Assembly: GCA_963752285.1 (NCBI GenBank) | Contig: CAVVXN010000005.1 | Location: forward strand, 544,001 to 608,000 | Length of the DNA: 64,000 nt | Direction of reading: 5' to 3' | From: an uncultured Planctomycetota bacterium | Lineage (GTDB): Bacteria > Planctomycetota > PLA2 > JAEUHO01 | Shown here: in pieces, positions 62,569 through 64,000 of the stretch | How the letters are laid out: every line of letters starts with the position of its first letter | How positions within the stretch are numbered: the first letter of the stretch is position 1 | The notes under the pieces: model-generated | What the model was told of the DNA's origin: nothing | What the model saw: the letters and a program-made list of their open reading frames with translations, nothing else | The model's database searches: none | Program-made: the position numbers and the translations under genes

Positions 62569-63743
62569 GACGCGACGAGATCCGTGCCGCGACCCTGCCC
62601 GGTGGGCTGCTGGCCGTCGCGCTTCTCCTCGCCGCGTGTGCGACGGGTCCCGCGTCGCCTGGCCCCGCACTGCCGGCGGCGCCGCCGCCCGCCGAGCGCA
62701 CCACGGAGGCGCGTCTCGCGCGGCGCGCGCGCGCGGCCGCGGCGCCGGCCGCCACCGACCGCGACCACCTGGCGTACGTCGCGGCCCTCGTGTCGGCCGG
62801 GCGCGCGAGCGAGGCGCGGCGCGTCTACGAGGGGCGCGCGGCGCGACCCGGGGCGACGGACGTCGAGAGGACGCTCGCCGAGCGGCTGCGCACCGACGGG
62901 TCGGCCACGTCGCTGCGTCGCGTCTACGGAGCGGCCGAGGCGCGCACGCCGACGAGCCCGTGGTGGCCCCTCGCGCTCGCCGAGCTCGACCTCGCCGACG
63001 CCGACGCCGCGCGCGCGCGGCGCGACGACCTCGCGGACCGCGGCGATCGCGACGGCGAGCGCCGGGCGCACGCCGAGGCGCACGAGGCGCTCCGGCGCGC
63101 CGAGGTGCACGTGGGCCGCGCGGCCCGGGTGGCGCCGGATCTGGCCGAGGTGGACCTCTTCCGTGGGTACCTCCGGGCCGCGGAGGGGGACCTGGCCGTC
63201 GCGAAGTCCTCTGAGCAGGCCGCGTGGCGCGCGGCCGCGGAGGCGTTCCGCCGGGCGACCACGCGCGGGCCCGACCTCGTGGCCGCGTGGGAGGGCCTCG
63301 GCGACGTGCTGCTCCGCCTCGGCGAGACCGACGACGCGCTCGCGCCGCTGCTCGTCGCGACGCAGGCCTCGCCCGACGACGAGACGCTTCGGCTGCTCCT
63401 GGGCACGGCGCTCGAGCGCGCGGAGCGTCCCGACGAGGCGGCGGTCCACTACGAGCAGGCGGCGGCCCTCGCGCCGCGCGACCCCGCGCCGTGGCTGCGC
63501 CTCGGCGACGCGCGTGCGGAGGCGAAGCGCTACGACCTGGCGCTCACGGCGTACGACGCGGCCCTGGCCCGGGACGGCCACGCGCTCGAGGCGCACCTCA
63601 AGAGCGGCGCGGTCCTCGAGCTTCTCGGCCGCCGCGGAGAGGCGCTCGCCGCGTACCAGCGGTACCTTTCGCAGGGCGGCGAGGAGACGGCGGACGTGAA
63701 ACGCCGCATCGAGCGTCTCCTGCGCGAGGAGGACGCGCCGTGA
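62565..63743 (+). CDS. TPR-repeat lipoprotein
   Basis: GTGA overlap; lipobox LAAC; TPRs (AWEGLGDVLLRLG, PWLRLGDA..EAKRYD.A..AYD.A, LG...EALAAYQRYL). Confidence 0.87.
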   Translation: MRRDEIRAATLPGGLLAVALLLAACATGPASPGPALPAAPPPAERTTEARLARRARAAAAPAATDRDHLAYVAALVSAGRASEARRVYEGRAARPGATDVERTLAERLRTDGSATSLRRVYGAAEARTPTSPWWPLALAELDLADADAARARRDDLADRGDRDGERRAHAEAHEALRRAEVHVGRAARVAPDLAEVDLFRGYLRAAEGDLAVAKSSEQAAWRAAAEAFRRATTRGPDLVAAWEGLGDVLLRLGETDDALAPLLVATQASPDDETLRLLLGTALERAERPDEAAVHYEQAAALAPRDPAPWLRLGDARAEAKRYDLALTAYDAALARDGHALEAHLKSGAVLELLGRRGEALAAYQRYLSQGGEETADVKRRIERLLREEDAP

Positions 63744-64000
63744 GCGGCGCGGCGCGGCCCGGGGCACGCCGGCGCCGCGCCCTCGTCGCGGGCGGGGTCG
63801 TCGTGGTCGCGCTCTCGCTCGCGGCGTCGTGCGGTGGACCGGGCGTCGACGAGTCGTCCGCGGACGCGCACGCCACGGCGGGTGCGCGCCTCGCCGCGGC
63901 CGAGCGGTGGTGGGGGTCCGCGGACGAGTACGAGATGGCGTTCGCGCTCGAGGATCCGGTGCCGGAGCGGGCCGCGCGCCGCGCGGACCTCGCGTTGCTC
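63740..64000 (+). CDS. Probable lipoprotein, 3'-truncated by the window edge
   Basis: GAGGAGG RBS and GTGA overlap; open frame with Arg-rich N-region, hydrophobic core and AASC. Confidence 0.65.
   Translation, partial: MSGAARPGARRRRALVAGGVVVVALSLAASCGGPGVDESSADAHATAGARLAAAERWWGSADEYEMAFALEDPVPERAARRADLALL

Overview
A very GC-rich bacterial chromosomal window, most likely from a Planctomycetota member. The evidence is the 16S signatures AGGGTTTGATC and GGCTTAGGCATGCAAGTC, a short ~111-nt 5S rRNA and the PVC-type gene order. It is a core information-processing region. It holds the 3' part of rpoC, the str/S10/spc/alpha ribosomal cluster, miaB, ribD, rqcH-ndk divergent from hslVU, aspS, thrS-infC-rpmI-rplT-pheST, a 6S RNA, an L,D-transpeptidase and nnrE. 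It also holds a complete linked 16S-23S-5S operon followed by tRNA-Ile and tRNA-Ala, nadB-hflX, yajC-uORF-secDF, mnmA, HU and a vWA/HEAT/TPR lipoprotein operon. Single-base indels in rpoC (about nine), map and hslV look like long-read consensus errors. The main observations are: (1) a translationally coupled 104-aa signal-peptide ORF between yajC and secDF, resembling a secretion-monitoring arrest leader but lacking a RAPP-type motif; (2) rplC cleanly absent from the S10 operon; (3) tRNA-Ile/Ala outside the ITS, with their own promoter behind the rrn terminator; (4) a recurring leaderless-mRNA signature; (5) a probable ATC start for infC; (6) a palindromic 27-bp tandem array and a secreted-protein gene between rpsG and a divergent EF-G; (7) rqcH head-to-head with hslVU. 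No CRISPR array, transposase or prophage was seen. All calls come from motif recognition by eye; no searches were run.
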